Source: Amoebidium appalachense
Lineage: Eukaryota; Protista; Ichthyosporea
Direction: 5' to 3'
Length of the DNA stretch: 64,000 nt
NCBI GenBank assembly: GCA_963693365.1
Contig: CAVNZM010000002.1
Location: forward strand, 15,099,615 to 15,163,614
The notes beneath the pieces were generated by a model that made no database searches, was not told the DNA's origin, and was given only the letters and a program-made list of their open reading frames with translations. Positions 1-23,236 of the stretch are shown here, in pieces (within the stretch, counting starts at the first letter, position 1; each line of letters opens with the position of its first letter). Made by a program: the position numbers and the translations under genes.

Positions 1-257
1 GCACGCATGTCCACGCGCACACACAGGACGCGTTATACACATACATACCAACTGCTGTTTTCACAAGCCAACACCAAATTATCACTTCGACGAAATAAGC
101 GGAAGGCCGCTATAAATTTCCTTCCACATTTATCACACCTTTGAAAGGCACTTTACAAAATAATGCACACATGTAGATGTGACGTGAGATAGCGGTATAC
201 ATGAGTTCAATGTGTGTTTCTGCCGGTAGCATTTCAGTGCTCTGTTTACCGCGCAAC

Positions 258-7053
<6,796 letters not shown>

Positions 7054-7416
7054 CCCCTCTCCCCCCCCCCCCCCCTTCCCCCCCCCCCTTGGAAAGCATA
7101 CTCTGATGGCGATGGTGGATGTGTACACATCACTGTGAATACTCAGTGATTTTTGGTGGTAGTGTAGAGCTACATGTGAATATGGCTGACGGTGAGATCG
7201 GCAGAGAAATTAAATATTCTCTGAATAGCGGATTGGAGTGGTTCGTGTTTAGTGGTCCCACCTGAGAGAATGGAGGGGTATCTTTATATGTGCTGGTTGG
7301 ATCTGTTGTTTTTGTGTTTGTCGTTGGCGTTGACCGAACTAGAGCAATGTTAGAAACCCGTGGGTTCAGATTAGTTTGTGAAGGGCCCATAGGCTGTGTT
7401 GGATATTGATATGCTT

Positions 7417-7470
<54 letters not shown>

Positions 7471-8364
7471 AAAGAACACACATGCTCGAATTGTGGGCCA
7501 TGGTGCTATGAACTATCTCGGTCTCTTCCAGGGTTTTTACCTGGGCATACCATCTACTTTCTTTGCTTGTATCTTTTTTTCTCTTTTTCTTCCTCTTTAC
7601 TTCTTGCTTGCTTGCTTTTAGTTTATAGTCCTTTAGCGTTTGTTATTGTAACTCTTGGTTAGCGGACTCTTGAAGAAAAAGTACGTCCACACCGGTGCTA
7701 TACATATTCTCCGATTTGAGATTCGAATCTCACCGCCAATATTGGTATTTGCAAGATAACCTAAATGCTGCTCTGTCCATCACCAGGAGTGAAACCTGTA
7801 AATAGATGCAGCATTTTCTTAGACGAAACCCCTGCTGGACTGTGCCCCCCCACCCCCCCCACTCCCCAGTTCAACACACACATGCAGACACCCACACACA
7901 CACACACACACACACACAAGAAAAAAAAAGGGGGGGGGGGAGGGGGGATAAGGAATGAAAGACAGTTGCTTAAACTTGCTTTGAATACACAACCCCCCAC
8001 ACTCACGTGCACTTGGTTACATACATCTAGGTTTCTTCACATTCACAGTGTTATGGCCATGCCTATCCTGAACAACCGTATTTCCAGCACAAATCATTGC
8101 ACACGGTGTTCGTTTTTGTTTTTTGTTTCTTTTTTTCCTGTTTCTTTCCATATACACGTGTCTGTGTGTGATGTGTGCGCGCGTGCGCACTGTGCATCAG
8201 AATGTGCGTGTGTGTATGTGTGTACCTGTGTGTGTGTGTGCGTGCGTGCGTGTGTGTGCGTGTGTGCATGTGCACGCACTGTGCATCAGCATGCATGTGT
8301 GTGTGCGTGCATGTCTGCGCATGTGAGACCGAGTGTGTGTCACGGTGTGTGTGTGTATGTATGT

Positions 8365-8402
<38 letters not shown>

Positions 8403-9618
8403 GCATTACGGTGTGTGTGTGTGTGTGCGCGAGTGCTTATGTATGCACAAATATTATCACTTTCCCCCATGCATACTGTAGACATCATTATGCATGTGAG
8501 TGTGAGTATGTGTGCGCACTTGTGTGTATACATTTGTGTGCACTCCTGTGTATATGTGTGTCCGTGTGCGAGTGAATGCCAGTGCTCACATACACGCAGC
8601 CACCTTCGGCACGCCAACGCGAGGATAATGTGCCATGATATTGATCTTTTTTTTAGACCATGGGCCCCTTCAGACAGGGCCCTAACAATGGACATATAGT
8701 GCAAGTGCCATAGACGCAACTAGATAGTCGCTGAGATAGCTTTAGTGGATATCCAACGGATTTACCAAATACGAAAATTCAACTGAGGCCTATAATTCAA
8801 TAACTTGATATATAAATTCGGCCGCAGTGGTCAACAGTCGCCGCTTGTCCAGGCCTAGAAGAGTAATCACAGTGCATACAAGACGTCAGACTTATATATT
8901 TTGGAAGTAAATAGCCTAAAGCCGCTAGAGTGATATTGGGATAGCGGCTAAATGCCAGCAAAAGAACAAAACTAGGACGATCTGAACTAACATGCTACAT
9001 CGGCCTAGGTGCTTTCTGTCGAATTAAGTGCCAAAATTTACAGCTACGGTTGCACTGTATGATATTTATGGCTAACTAGACGGTGTCAGGCCTCCCAAGC
9101 AATATCGCGCTTGGGCAAGATCACAATAACCCTACAAACACGAAGGTTTCTTAATATGGAAAGGAATGCTACTCAAGCCAGTGACCCAAAAGAGCCATGT
9201 AGCGATAAGAGCCTTAAAAATAAATCAATAGGATGCTGCGGGATTATTTGATTTCTTTCGTCAGGGCCTGACGTGGGCCAAACTTCGTTACTGCAGATGT
9301 GTGATACCATGACCACTACATGTACATATCTGCAGATCAAAAAATGAAGGAGATATACTCGGACGAACAGAAAGAAGACGGGAAAAAAGAGCATGTATGG
9401 TTACATAAATGGGTGTACGTGCGTGCCTGGTATGGTGGAATAAGAGAGTCAACAGATGGTGGAAAAAGTTGGAGAAAAGGATGCGGAGTAGTTTAATCGA
9501 GGTAAGGTGCAAAGACTTATAGATAATTATGCATGGCGTTTACACGTGTGTATACGAATGTGCACCTGTGTGAACGCGCGCGTGCATGTGTGTGTGTTTG
9601 TGTGTGTGCGCAGCGCGC

Positions 9619-9675
<57 letters not shown>

Positions 9676-10354
9676 CGCGCGTGTGTGTGTGCGCGTGCGC
9701 ACGTGTGTGTGTGTGTGTGTGTGTCCGTGTCTGTGTGTGTGCGTGTGTGGGCAGGGTGTGTGGGTGGGTGTGTACGTGTGTGCGTGTGTGTGTGTGTGTG
9801 CGTGTGTGCGTGTGGGTGTGTGTACATGTGTGCGTGTGCGCGGGCGGATGCATGTCCAAAAGACCCAAAAAAGTAGGAAAATCACAATGTCAAAAATATT
9901 TTATAGACCAATAATTTGTGCGCGATTTCACCGATTAGCCAAATACGGAAATTTTGGCGGGAAGTTTTGGCGCGGGAAAAAAAGGTTTTATAACTTGAAT
10001 TAAAAAAGGAGGATTGTGCACTTTATGCATCCCATTCCCATTTGCATACTGCAGATTCTAATTCAGATGGCAGTGCGCTTTGACAAAATTCATGTACCCC
10101 TCCCCCCCCCCCCCCCCCTCTCCCCTCCCCCCCCCCCCCCCCCCCCCCACACACACACACCCCTTCTTCGCCAGGACACACCTGTACACAGACACACCTC
10201 ATGGTACATAAGTGTCTTTTATGGCTACAAGGCCCGAGCCACATGCACAATTTATCGTGCCGACTACACAGTGACAGGCAATAATTATTAATCCCCCTCC
10301 CCCCCCCCCCCCCCCTTTCCCCCCCCCTTCCGCCCCCCACCCTTCCTTCCCCGC

Positions 10355-10355
<1 letters not shown>

Positions 10356-10445
<90 letters not shown>
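10356..10445 (+). repeat. Poly(C) homopolymer of about 90 nt, the longest of many C/G tracts in the window
   Basis: Seen directly. The exact length may be affected by sequencing error. Confidence 0.9.
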
Positions 10446-10447
<2 letters not shown>

Positions 10448-11129
10448 GGGGCCACCGTATCCCCATCCCATCCAACCACAGACACATGCACCCACGTTCA
10501 CACACACGTGATTAATCACCAAACGTATGCAGCTAGGCAGTGCCACACGACGGTGCAACGCCCACCTATATGCACACGTTCTACGGCGCACATACACAAT
10601 CATTTAACACACGATATGCTACTTGAACCTTGTGATATGTCCACTTGTACTACGGTACGTGTGTCCACCCAATAAACTCAGAAAGTGCATCGAGTTGATA
10701 TTGCTAGCGCTTACGACGTTGCATCGGACGCCTGCTGAGCCCGGACCATCAGTTCGCTGACAGCTGAGTTGTGGGCGCCTAAATTAGTGTGGCAGGCGTG
10801 TTGACCACTTATAAAGCTTTAGCTCAATGGCGCTGGGAGCCTCACCTTGTGAAATATGCGCAAGTGTTACATCTCGTGTGCACACGTGACACCTTTGTTT
10901 AATACTGGGTGACGTCATGTCACCTGGACGGCTGTGCTGTGCTGGACGTACATACACGATACTACGCGACGCCGTGCTAATGTATCAGCTTATCCGGGGG
11001 TCAACCCGGTTGGTTTTCGTACGCATAACGTGTCCTACATGCATCAGCTTACCGAGGTTTCCAATAATCAGCGTGAGGAGATCACGATCACCACTGGGGG
11101 GTTGGTTTGCAACTCTGCTGAAGAGAGCG

Positions 11130-11137
11130 TATAAAAG
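11130..11137 (+). promoter_or_regulatory. TATA box of the dehydrin-like gene, followed by a probable 5'-UTR intron at 11222-11837
   Basis: TATAAAAG at 11130, GTAAGT donor at 11222, CAACAG acceptor at 11837, then ACCATG at 11862. Confidence 0.5.
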
Positions 11138-11861
11138 GCATTGCCAGCACCGAGAAATACACAGCTTTTTGACACTTGAGCTCGTCACGACTTAAACTTT
11201 TCTTGAACCCCCGCACAAACTGTAAGTTGGTGTGGTAAACTTTGGTGACAGTTGCCCGGTTTTGTTTTTGCTCGTCTTGTTGCAATTGCTCCACCACTAA
11301 GGCTTCAAACATCCCCCTTACCGAAACATTCATTCTGCCATGAAATGATGCAACAGAGAGATCTAGAATACTCAGGTCGCAGGTGAAGCAGATATAATTA
11401 AATGGTTGGGAACGAGGATGGGATAGGAGCAATTTGGGTGTGCTTAAACTTTGATGTGTTGTGCCGTGCCGCGCTGTGATTGGGGTGTGTGTACCGTTTT
11501 CTTTTGTATGCCTTGCAAAAAATCGGTGTGTGTGTGCCCCTGTGCGTGTGCACGCGTGGTGGTGAGAGTCTGCTGTGTCTGTGTGTTTGCCACGTTACAG
11601 GTGTAGTATTCCTGAAGTTCTATCTATGTGCATTGTGTTTGTGTGTGCCCCGTACATCATGGTGTGTGTGTTGTGCGGGTGGTGGTGGGCCGGGAGGAGG
11701 AAGGGGGGGAGGTGGGTGGGAACAAAAAGGAGGGGCACGGGACCTCCCGGGGGAGAGAGAGGGGGGGGGGGGGGAGGGGAGAAGGCTTGCACAGAGGGAT
11801 TATGGTTTTGTGCACCTACCATTCACACCCACAACAGGAAAAGTCTTTTTTTACCGCAACC

Positions 11862-12336
11862 ATGTCGTCCCCCTACACCACCAATAACCAGTACTCTGCC
11901 CAACACCACACCGGCCCTGGTGAGCCAACTGCTACCGGGTCGGGTCACCCCACTGTTATCGGGTCGGGCTACACGGCAGACCCACGGGCGACCGGCCCTA
12001 TCCCCCCTGGTGCCTACCCTCCCCCCGGCACCACCGGCCCCTACATGGGAGCTGCAAGCACACAGTCCGGCCAGCAAGAGGAGAAGGTGTGAATTTTCGT
12101 TTCAAAGCCCCCCCCGCCCCCACTCATTCCCCCCTCCCACTCCCAAAATTCTAATCTTAACCCCCGTACTTGCGCGTGCACGCAGTACTGTGGCACTCAG
12201 GCTGGCCCCCGTCCCTCCCTCCCTCCCCCCCCCCCCCCCCCCCCCCCCCCCTCCACCTCCCTCCCGCCTCTCACCACCCATTCCCCCTCTCCCAACCCCC
12301 AGTTAACGCTAACTTCAACCTGTGCGTTTGCACGTA

Positions 12337-12393
<57 letters not shown>

Positions 12394-12839
12394 CCCCCTA
12401 TCGCTACCCTCCACCTTATGCACGCGCTGTGACTAAGTACATGCAATCCCTTTAAATTATCCCCGTGTAGCACCACCTGGGCCTCTCGTGCCCGCCCACC
12501 TACCCATCCACCTAGGCCCTGGTGTCTTTTCCACCGTGGCCCATCTGGTCACACATACTTGCTCATTTGAGATGTAATTCGCAGAAAATTCATAATCATT
12601 GAAACTTATAATTTTTAATTCCACCACAGGGTATGATGCAGAAGACGAAGGAGAAGCTGCAGCAGGCCGCAGAGACGACCAAGGAGAAGGCCCATGACGT
12701 GACCGAAAAGGTCAAGGGCAAACTGGGCATGGGTACCAGTGCTCAATCGGGGGGTGCACGTGGCAGCAGCAGCAGCAGCAGCTCGGACGAGGAGCGCAGG
12801 CGCAGGGGGGAGGGCACGGGCCAGCGCGTGGCTCTTTGA
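11862..12839 (+). CDS. Dehydrin/LEA-like hydrophilic protein, 144 aa, 2 exons (11862-12086, 12630-12839)
   Basis: Spliced product has a G/T/P/Y-rich N-half, then EEK|GMMQKTKEKLQQ (K-segment-like), AAETTKEKAHD (LEA 11-mer-like), TEKVKGKLG and RGSSSSSSSDEERRRR (S-segment plus basic cluster). It has no Cys or Trp, GC3-rich codons and canonical phase-0 splice sites. Confidence 0.8.
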
Positions 12840-13234
12840 GATATACACGTGAGATATATTTTCTGTGAAACTTTGAGATGTGAAAATTCCATTGGGTGGA
12901 TATTGTGAAGGAATTGGGGCTGGTGTATAAGTGTTTAAGGATGGTGGTTTAGATGCGAGTGGTTACCGTTGATATTGTGTTTGTTGGTGATATTTAAGAT
13001 AGCAAGGTGCATTTGCTGGTGTGGACTGTTTTTGTGCATGGGTAGGATGCTGTTCGCTTATGTGTGTGAGGTGGATGGTGAAAGATGATGGATAAAGTAT
13101 AGGACAGTATGGACGGTTGTAAATCAGTGACGCCCGGCCGGCGACCAGAATAAATCCATCCGACGTTCGCGAATATGGCAGGTGCGGAAAAGCAAAGGCA
13201 GACATGTCTCACCGTGCAACAGGTCGACCGTCTT

Positions 13235-13270
<36 letters not shown>

Positions 13271-13406
13271 CTCCCCCAACCGCGGGGGTAAACAATCTTA
13301 CCCGTTCAAAGAAAAACCTGTTTCTGGCTGAAAACATACCAAACGGGCCTGGTAAAATGCCCCCCCCCCTCCCCCCTCCCTCCCTCTGCCCATGCCCTCT
13401 CTCTCC

Positions 13407-13441
<35 letters not shown>

Positions 13442-14593
13442 TTCTCGTACCCTTCAACCCGCCAGTTTCAATTTCCATTGCTCTTTCTCACTCTGGTCTT
13501 TCCGTTGCCCTAACACATTTCTTGTAAATGCATGTGCCGTAAACATACACCATACATCCCACATCCCCCAGGCTGGCCTCCTTTCTCTAGCTACCGTATT
13601 TGACATTATGATACCTCTGGTTACTCACTGTGACCATGCAAGTACACTTGCGCTGGGCGGCCGCACATTTTGACTCCCCACCCCACTTAATATTTTTGTT
13701 TTATCCGTTTTGTTCCCGGAGGTACCCCTAGGGGCCCTCAGGGGGAACTACCGTCTTCCACCCAGCACCGACAGTACTCTATTTTTAGCTGGGGTGCTAC
13801 GATGCTATTAGCTAAAAAATTAACTATATGTACACACTTTGCCCAGGGTATCAACCCCAGCCACGCCGGTGGGTCCCCACCCCACATCATAATCATGAAT
13901 TTATCTCATCTGCCTTTGTTCTTTTTGTTTAACGGAACACCTACATATGTGCCCCTCCCCTTCCCCCCCCCCCCCCCCCCCCCCCTAACCCCAGGCCTAG
14001 GGGAGTGGCAATGTGTTGAGACTTTACCCAGTTTACCATTATGAAATTATCTCCTCTACCTTGTTGTTTTTTTGTTTAACAACACATATGCCCCCCACCC
14101 CCTTCAACACACACACACGCGAGACCTAGGGGAGTGGTAATTTTTTGACTTTCGGTTAATGGCCAGCAGTGTACGCCCATGGTTAAGGGGCGGTATCCAT
14201 ATGATGCGCTTTCAATGAATATACTTGTAGTGTTTTATAACACATGGCACTTAGGATGTTAGCCTTAGTTAGTGGATCCAGAAAAGTTTAAAGAGTCAGG
14301 CCTCAGTGAGGCCAAGAGAAATTGAATAGGGAATGGGTGTGTGTGTGTGGGTGGGTGGGTCACGTTAGGGTGGAGGGGGGGGTGGGGGGGGGGGGGGGGG
14401 GGGAGGGGGGGGGGGGGGGGAGGGGGGCATCATCATCTTGTTCAAGCGCAGAGGTAATTGGCAAATTTTTAGGTCGAGGAGGCAGGCCGAAAGACGTTGG
14501 CAGTGTAGGTGCAAAGTTGCCGGTGCCAGGTTTATAGACCAACTTACTGGGCCGAAGAGGAAAGAGTATGTGGTTGACACTGCGCGGTTGTGT

Positions 14594-14652
<59 letters not shown>

Positions 14653-14683
14653 GGGCCCACGCTGGGGTGGGGGGAGAGGGAGG

Positions 14684-14900
<217 letters not shown>

Positions 14901-14932
14901 GAGAAGAGGAGAGAAAGGGGTGGAGAGAGAGG

Positions 14933-14964
<32 letters not shown>

Positions 14965-15434
14965 TAACGAACATCACTGAAGGGGCTGCCCCTCAATCCC
15001 CCCCCCCCTCCCCCTGTCCCTTCTCCGCCCTCCCTCCCTCCCCTTCCAGGTGCCTGCCTTCTGGGATAACACAGGTATTCACAGACAGAATGAAGAGCCC
15101 GAGCCTGGAAGTCTACACGCATCGGCAGTGATGATGGGCACACTAGATCTAATAAGCTTTAAGTATCAGGGCTAAGCAGCCTTCACAGGGGAAGAACTAC
15201 AAAAAGAATAATTAAGGAGGCGAGTTGGTGATAGGATATGCGCCGCTTATGGACGGGTGGGTCTGTTGGTTGGTCGGGTAGTAGACGTATGTAATACTAG
15301 ACGTGTGTGCATGTGTGCGGTGTGCGTGTGTGCGTGTGCGTGTGCATGCGTGTGTCGTGTGCGTCACGGTGTGCGTGTGTGTGTTCGGGTGCGTGCGTGC
15401 GTGTGCGTGCGTGCGTGTGTTTGTGTGTGTGTGC

Positions 15435-15545
<111 letters not shown>

Positions 15546-15598
15546 AGGAGGGCAGTGAAGGAATCACGGGTGGCTGGGGTCACCGGGTGTGTGTATGT

Positions 15599-15629
<31 letters not shown>

Positions 15630-16383
15630 GGGGGGGGGAGGGGGGGGGGAGGGGGGGGGGAGTAAGGGTATAACAAGAGAAGACAGTCGTTTATCTCTGG
15701 TATATTGTCGAAGAATAAGTGAAGACAAAGTGTGTGCCACCGCGGCCGTGCGGCCAAGAAAAACGGATAGCGTTTGGCAACGGGCGGAGGGGGTTTCCCC
15801 AAAATATTTGCATGGACGGTCCGCCGTCCGGCCTGGCCGGTAGCGTAATCACAATGGAATGTGTTGGTCAACACAGTCAGGGCTAGAAATCCTTTAAACG
15901 AAGACGGCCCCAGGCGAAGAACATTTCTGCAGATAGCGAGCGTACTGCAGCTGTACAGAGGTTGATTTTCTCATTCTCTTATCCTAATTTATTGCGATTT
16001 CAAGATCTTCTTCTCAATGTAGATAAGCTAGTACGAGTTTTTGAACAACTTCTACAAACTTGCCCTTTCTAAACGTATTGAAAGCACGTGCACTGCATCA
16101 TGGGGCCATCCGCAGTGGTATGTACACGCCCTCCTCCAAACAAAAAATATGTCACCCCGACGTTTTAGTGAGGCAAGTGCGAGAATCCAATCAAATAGCA
16201 AATGCATAAGTAGGGCAAACATAATCATCGAGCGCCGTTAGGATGACAACAGATAAAGGCATTATGGACCTATTATCAAAGGTTGAATCGGATATCATAC
16301 TTAAAATATAACAAAAATTGTATTTCATGTCTGCACAAGGATGGTTCTTGCATTAGTGGGCACAACAGAGGGCTGGTCCCATG

Positions 16384-18543
<2,160 letters not shown>

Positions 18544-19842
18544 GTCCCATGTCTTCAAAATAGGCTTTTGTTAACCCGCCTCCGTGACGTAACTTCGTGT
18601 CAGTTTCCACCAACCAGGTTCTTATTTTATTGACTCGATATGGTAGCACCCTAAAACCCCAGTCTGGAAATTTGTCTTTGCTACTGTGCCAAAATAAATA
18701 GTGTCTGGACAACTACGTAGCATAGTGTTTCTTTGGATGCATAACATATCAAATTTGACTTTTCTTCTTGATTATCAAACTGTAGTTGAACGATAATTTC
18801 CTTGAGCAGAGAACCTACCAGAATTAAGAGATTTCGAAAAAAACCTTGGGAACTGGGCTTCAAAAATTTGACCCCAACCTCTTGGTATGGATTCATTGGT
18901 CAACGCGGCGAGCCACTTTTTCTTGAGCCCCCTCCAAACAGTCATCAAATTCGGTTTCTTCGTTTTTAACCGTTGAACCGGCTCCGGCGACCTGGCATTT
19001 AATATCGCCATATAGCTATAACTCTACATTGAGGAGGCCTAAAGTGTACAAAAAACGATTTTTAAGCATTATTCTAGGGTTTATATGTATTTACAGCCTA
19101 TCATTGGTGTTCGGTGAAATCGAAAAGTATTCAAGTTGGGGCTCAATGGAAATTGATTTCTATGGTATGGTTTAGGGGGCGCTCTCAAGAGAATCAAATA
19201 CACAGAACACAATCGCTCACTCGTCACAGGCTCTCTGACAGTCTCTGTGTAAGTGAACCGTTTCGTTTGTTTTTGCTTCTGAACGCGTGAATACTCAAAA
19301 CTGCGGAGAATTGTAAGGGGTGTGGCGTCTACCTTTATACGCTACTATAGTATGAATCATTTTTCTTTGTAGCACAGTTGCTTCTATGCTTTCTTGTCGA
19401 CCTCACGTGTAACTGAGTGCTCAACTTGAGAGGAAGATCCTGTATTTAGAGTGTATATTTCGCTCGATTGAGTTGCGGGACTTGGGCGCGAGAACATCCT
19501 TGATGTACAGACATATTAGTCTTCAAGCTTGCCTTCAGTTTCCACCTTTTCCTGCTATATATTCTTCACGCGTGTTTTCCGACAACATCACCAGGCCAGC
19601 ACAATTTAGAATCATTATGCAGCCACTCGGGAGACGAAAAGTTTGACAAAGCACTCTGTGCACTCACGCTCACTGTATATATGCCACCATAGGTATTCAT
19701 ACATGGATGTTTTTTTGTTTTTTTTTTTCCCGCAACAACATCTATTTTTTTATAGCTCGGACCGCACAGCTTAAAAAAAAAACCATGTTCCCGCAATCCA
19801 CAAGTTAGCTTCCTGACGCTCCTTCCTCTGCAGATATCAAAC

Positions 19843-20015
19843 ATGCGTCTTGTCGTTGCAGCGCTGGCGCTTGCCGGGTCGGCGATGGGTGCCGGGGAAC
19901 CCCCAAGAAAGCTCAAACTGAATGAGATCCAGGTGGGTGGGCTGCATGAACATAAGGTTTAGAGAAAGGGGGGGGGGGGGGGGGGGGGGGGAAGAGAGGG
20001 AACTTTTTTTTTTTT

Positions 20016-20047
<32 letters not shown>

Positions 20048-21143
20048 GGGGGCGGAGGGGGTAACAGTGTACTGCTTCAGTGCGTGGTGCGCTTTGGTAG
20101 TGACGGGGTGCCAACTCTCTAAAAATTGGTATTTTTTTCGTGGGCTGTTGTTCCCCACACTCCTTGTCCCCGTCTATTTGCTTTCTCTCTCTTTTTTTTT
20201 TCTTCTTTCCTGTTTTTTTTTGCTATGCAATTTCAACGAGGACGTTTAAACCTTAGCAGTAAATCAGACCAACGGTCCAAGTGCAATGATCAGACCAACG
20301 GTCCAAGTGCAATGATGGCCATCGCTGTCTCTTCGGGTCGGGTCACTGACGGGTTCGGGCCGGGTCAGGTGCTTGGCAGCCACAACAGCTACCACAAGGT
20401 GCCGCCCGCACGTGCCTACGAGTTTTTGGAGGATGTGGACAAGATACTCGAGACCACGTGGGCTAAGGGTGCAGATCAGTCCCACCTGCCGGTATGCCGG
20501 TTCTTCGGTTCCATTTTCGGTTTTGTTGGTACTTTGCTACGGTTTTTTTCTTTTTCTTCTTCTTCTTCCTTTTTTTTTCTTTTTTTTATTTTTCTTTATT
20601 AAAAAAAAATAAAAAAATTCCCCGTCATATTTATTTTATTTTTATTTGTTGATGTATTTATTTATTTGCGCACGGTGCTGTCCATTTTTTGTTTTGTTGA
20701 TTTGCATTTTTCCTGGTTATTTGCATTGTTTTCCCCTTTCGAATGTTTGCTTTTTCTTGCGCTGTTGAATGGTAGATGAGAGGTGGGTTGTTTTTGTATA
20801 CACGCATCTACTGGCTTTTATTTGTATGTGTTTATTTGTGTGTGCTTTCTTTCTCGACAATTACTCTTTCGTAAGCACATGCCCTATTAGTAATTCGACC
20901 AAATCAAAAGAAAACAATACAATACACCACAGGGCAAATGGTGTTACACGTTTCTATCAACCCCTAAAACCTGGTAGATTCGCATATACCTCACTTATCA
21001 CACATCGTATACTAAACATCTTCCCTCGGAAAGTAATGAACACGAGCAATTGGAATGGAAGGCCGTTCGGAGTGAAGCAACAGTTGCAATCCACTGACAA
21101 GAAAGAATGACTTATTCATAGTGATGCACTCAATCCGTGCGCA

Positions 21144-21207
<64 letters not shown>

Positions 21208-21359
21208 CCACAGCTCGAGGACCAGCTGAACACGCAGAACATCCGCCAGCTGGAATTTGACGTCTATTGGGACCCCCGAGGGGGGCTCTATTCCAAGCCC
21301 ACGGGTGCAAATATGCCGGATTTGGGTGTGCTGGCCGACATTGTCTCAGGCACCAGGTT

Positions 21360-21407
<48 letters not shown>

Positions 21408-21705
21408 CCGCCCCTTCTTGTCGAGAAAATTGAGTGTTAATTAAAGCATATGTGCAGCAAATACTCTCCTGTTGGCACCGTAGGGCAGATTTCGTACCTT
21501 CTTTTTCCTTTGCTGCTCTGCAGATTTCAGAGAGCCTGGTGCAAAACGATTTTGGAGGGAAAACATAAGGAGAAGATTGGAGTGAGTTTAAGGCGCAGGG
21601 TATCATTAAGTATTTGCGGGCTTTGACTGACATGTCATGTCTTTTTTCCATCCACAGAGATGTCATCAACAAGATCAAGAATTGGGGTATGCTGTGTCTC
21701 CCCCA

Positions 21706-21742
<37 letters not shown>

Positions 21743-22210
21743 ACACCTCTGTCTCCCTCCCTTCCTCCTTTTTTTCTCTTTTTTGTGCGGCCCTATCTTG
21801 TAAGTTGGGCTAGTTATGAGTGACTACTTCAAGGGCACAGTGCTGTTCGACCTGATTTGGAAAACGGTGTTTAATTGCTACCGTATAATGAGAGTTCTTT
21901 GCTCCGCGGTGCCTTGGGTTCTGTATCATGAAAGAATGAACGTCGGTTTAAGTTATTTCGGAAAAGGCTAGCAAAGCACACCAGAAAAGGCATCACATGA
22001 GTTTGTGGTGAGTGCTGTGCAGTGGTGCATTGAAGGTACAAGTCCAACGCTCGAGTTAGATGCATAAAGGGATATTAGTTTGCTGATTGGCTCGTTGTCA
22101 TGCAGCTCAGGACACGTTCCACATTGGCCGCCGTGCTTCACCCCTTGACGAGGTGATTGACCCCCCCCCCCCCCCCCCCCACACACACAAAAGAGGGAAA
22201 GGAGGGGAGG

Positions 22211-22253
<43 letters not shown>

Positions 22254-23027
22254 GGGGGGGGGGGGGGGGCAAGGGAGAGAGAGAGAGAGAGAGAAAGATA
22301 AAAGAGCGAAGAAAAGATGATAGAATGAGGAAAAAGGGTGGATGTATGGTAGTGGAAGCATATGGCGGAGGGCTTTTAAAGCAGCCCCCCCCCCCTCCCT
22401 AAAAAAAAAAAAAAAATAAAAAATATATAAAAAAGGGGGGGGGGGGGGAAGGAAAAGAAAAACGAAATACGGTGAAAATTGCTCCCATTTCCCCATGACT
22501 GCTCTCCCTCCCTCACCAGTCAACAATCCACTCATTCCAAATTCTCATCTTTTGCAGCCCGGGTTCAAGGTGATGCACCTTAACGACTTCGACTACAACA
22601 CACACTGTGAGACGCTTAAGGGGTGCCTTTCCATCGTTGCTAACTGGTCAAATGCAAACCCCAACCATCTGCCCCTGGCCATCCTCTTGGAGCCCAAGGA
22701 CACACAACTCAACAATGACCTTAAGAGGGAACTTAAGGAGGGGTTCTACAACATGCTGGGTAAGTGGCGAAAAATATTGGGAAAAAAGGAAAAGGGATTC
22801 CTTCCGCGTTTTTTCGGTCCTCCCCTATGTAGCTCGGTTCCTGTCGATTAATCCTTTCGCATACTCTTGCTAATACCGTGTCGATTTCTTAATGTGAATT
22901 TATAGGCAAATGACAAATGATTTTGTTTGATGACTAGTGAAAACAGTTTGCTAACCCGCCCCCTCCCCCTTCCCCTCCGCCTCCCTCTCTCCTTACCTTT
23001 CCCTCTCTCCCTACCTTTCCCTTTCCA

Positions 23028-23078
<51 letters not shown>

Positions 23079-23180
23079 GGACCTCAAGATTCTGCCCATT
23101 GCTGAGCCCCCCATGATCGGCAAGCCTGAGCTCTACGCCCTTGAGGGAGAGGTGCGTCCCCCCCCTCCCCCCCCCCAACC

Positions 23181-23236
<56 letters not shown>

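Noticed and set aside
7130-7760. Possible minus-strand gene downstream of the Dsn1-like gene
   Set aside because: The candidate exons contain stops in all frames tested and have no recognisable motif.
9948-9982. Two E2F-like sites (TTTTGGCGGGAA, TTTTGGCGCGGGAAA)
   Set aside because: No adjacent gene start could be identified, so function cannot be supported.
11976-11990. Fungal dehydrin-like DPR motif (TADPRAT)
   Set aside because: A single tripeptide without the surrounding repeat consensus.
15660-16370. Transposase or RT coding remnant in non-repetitive blocks (also 18600-19010 and 39730-40620)
   Set aside because: Frames are interrupted and no catalytic motif was recognisable. BLASTx would be needed.
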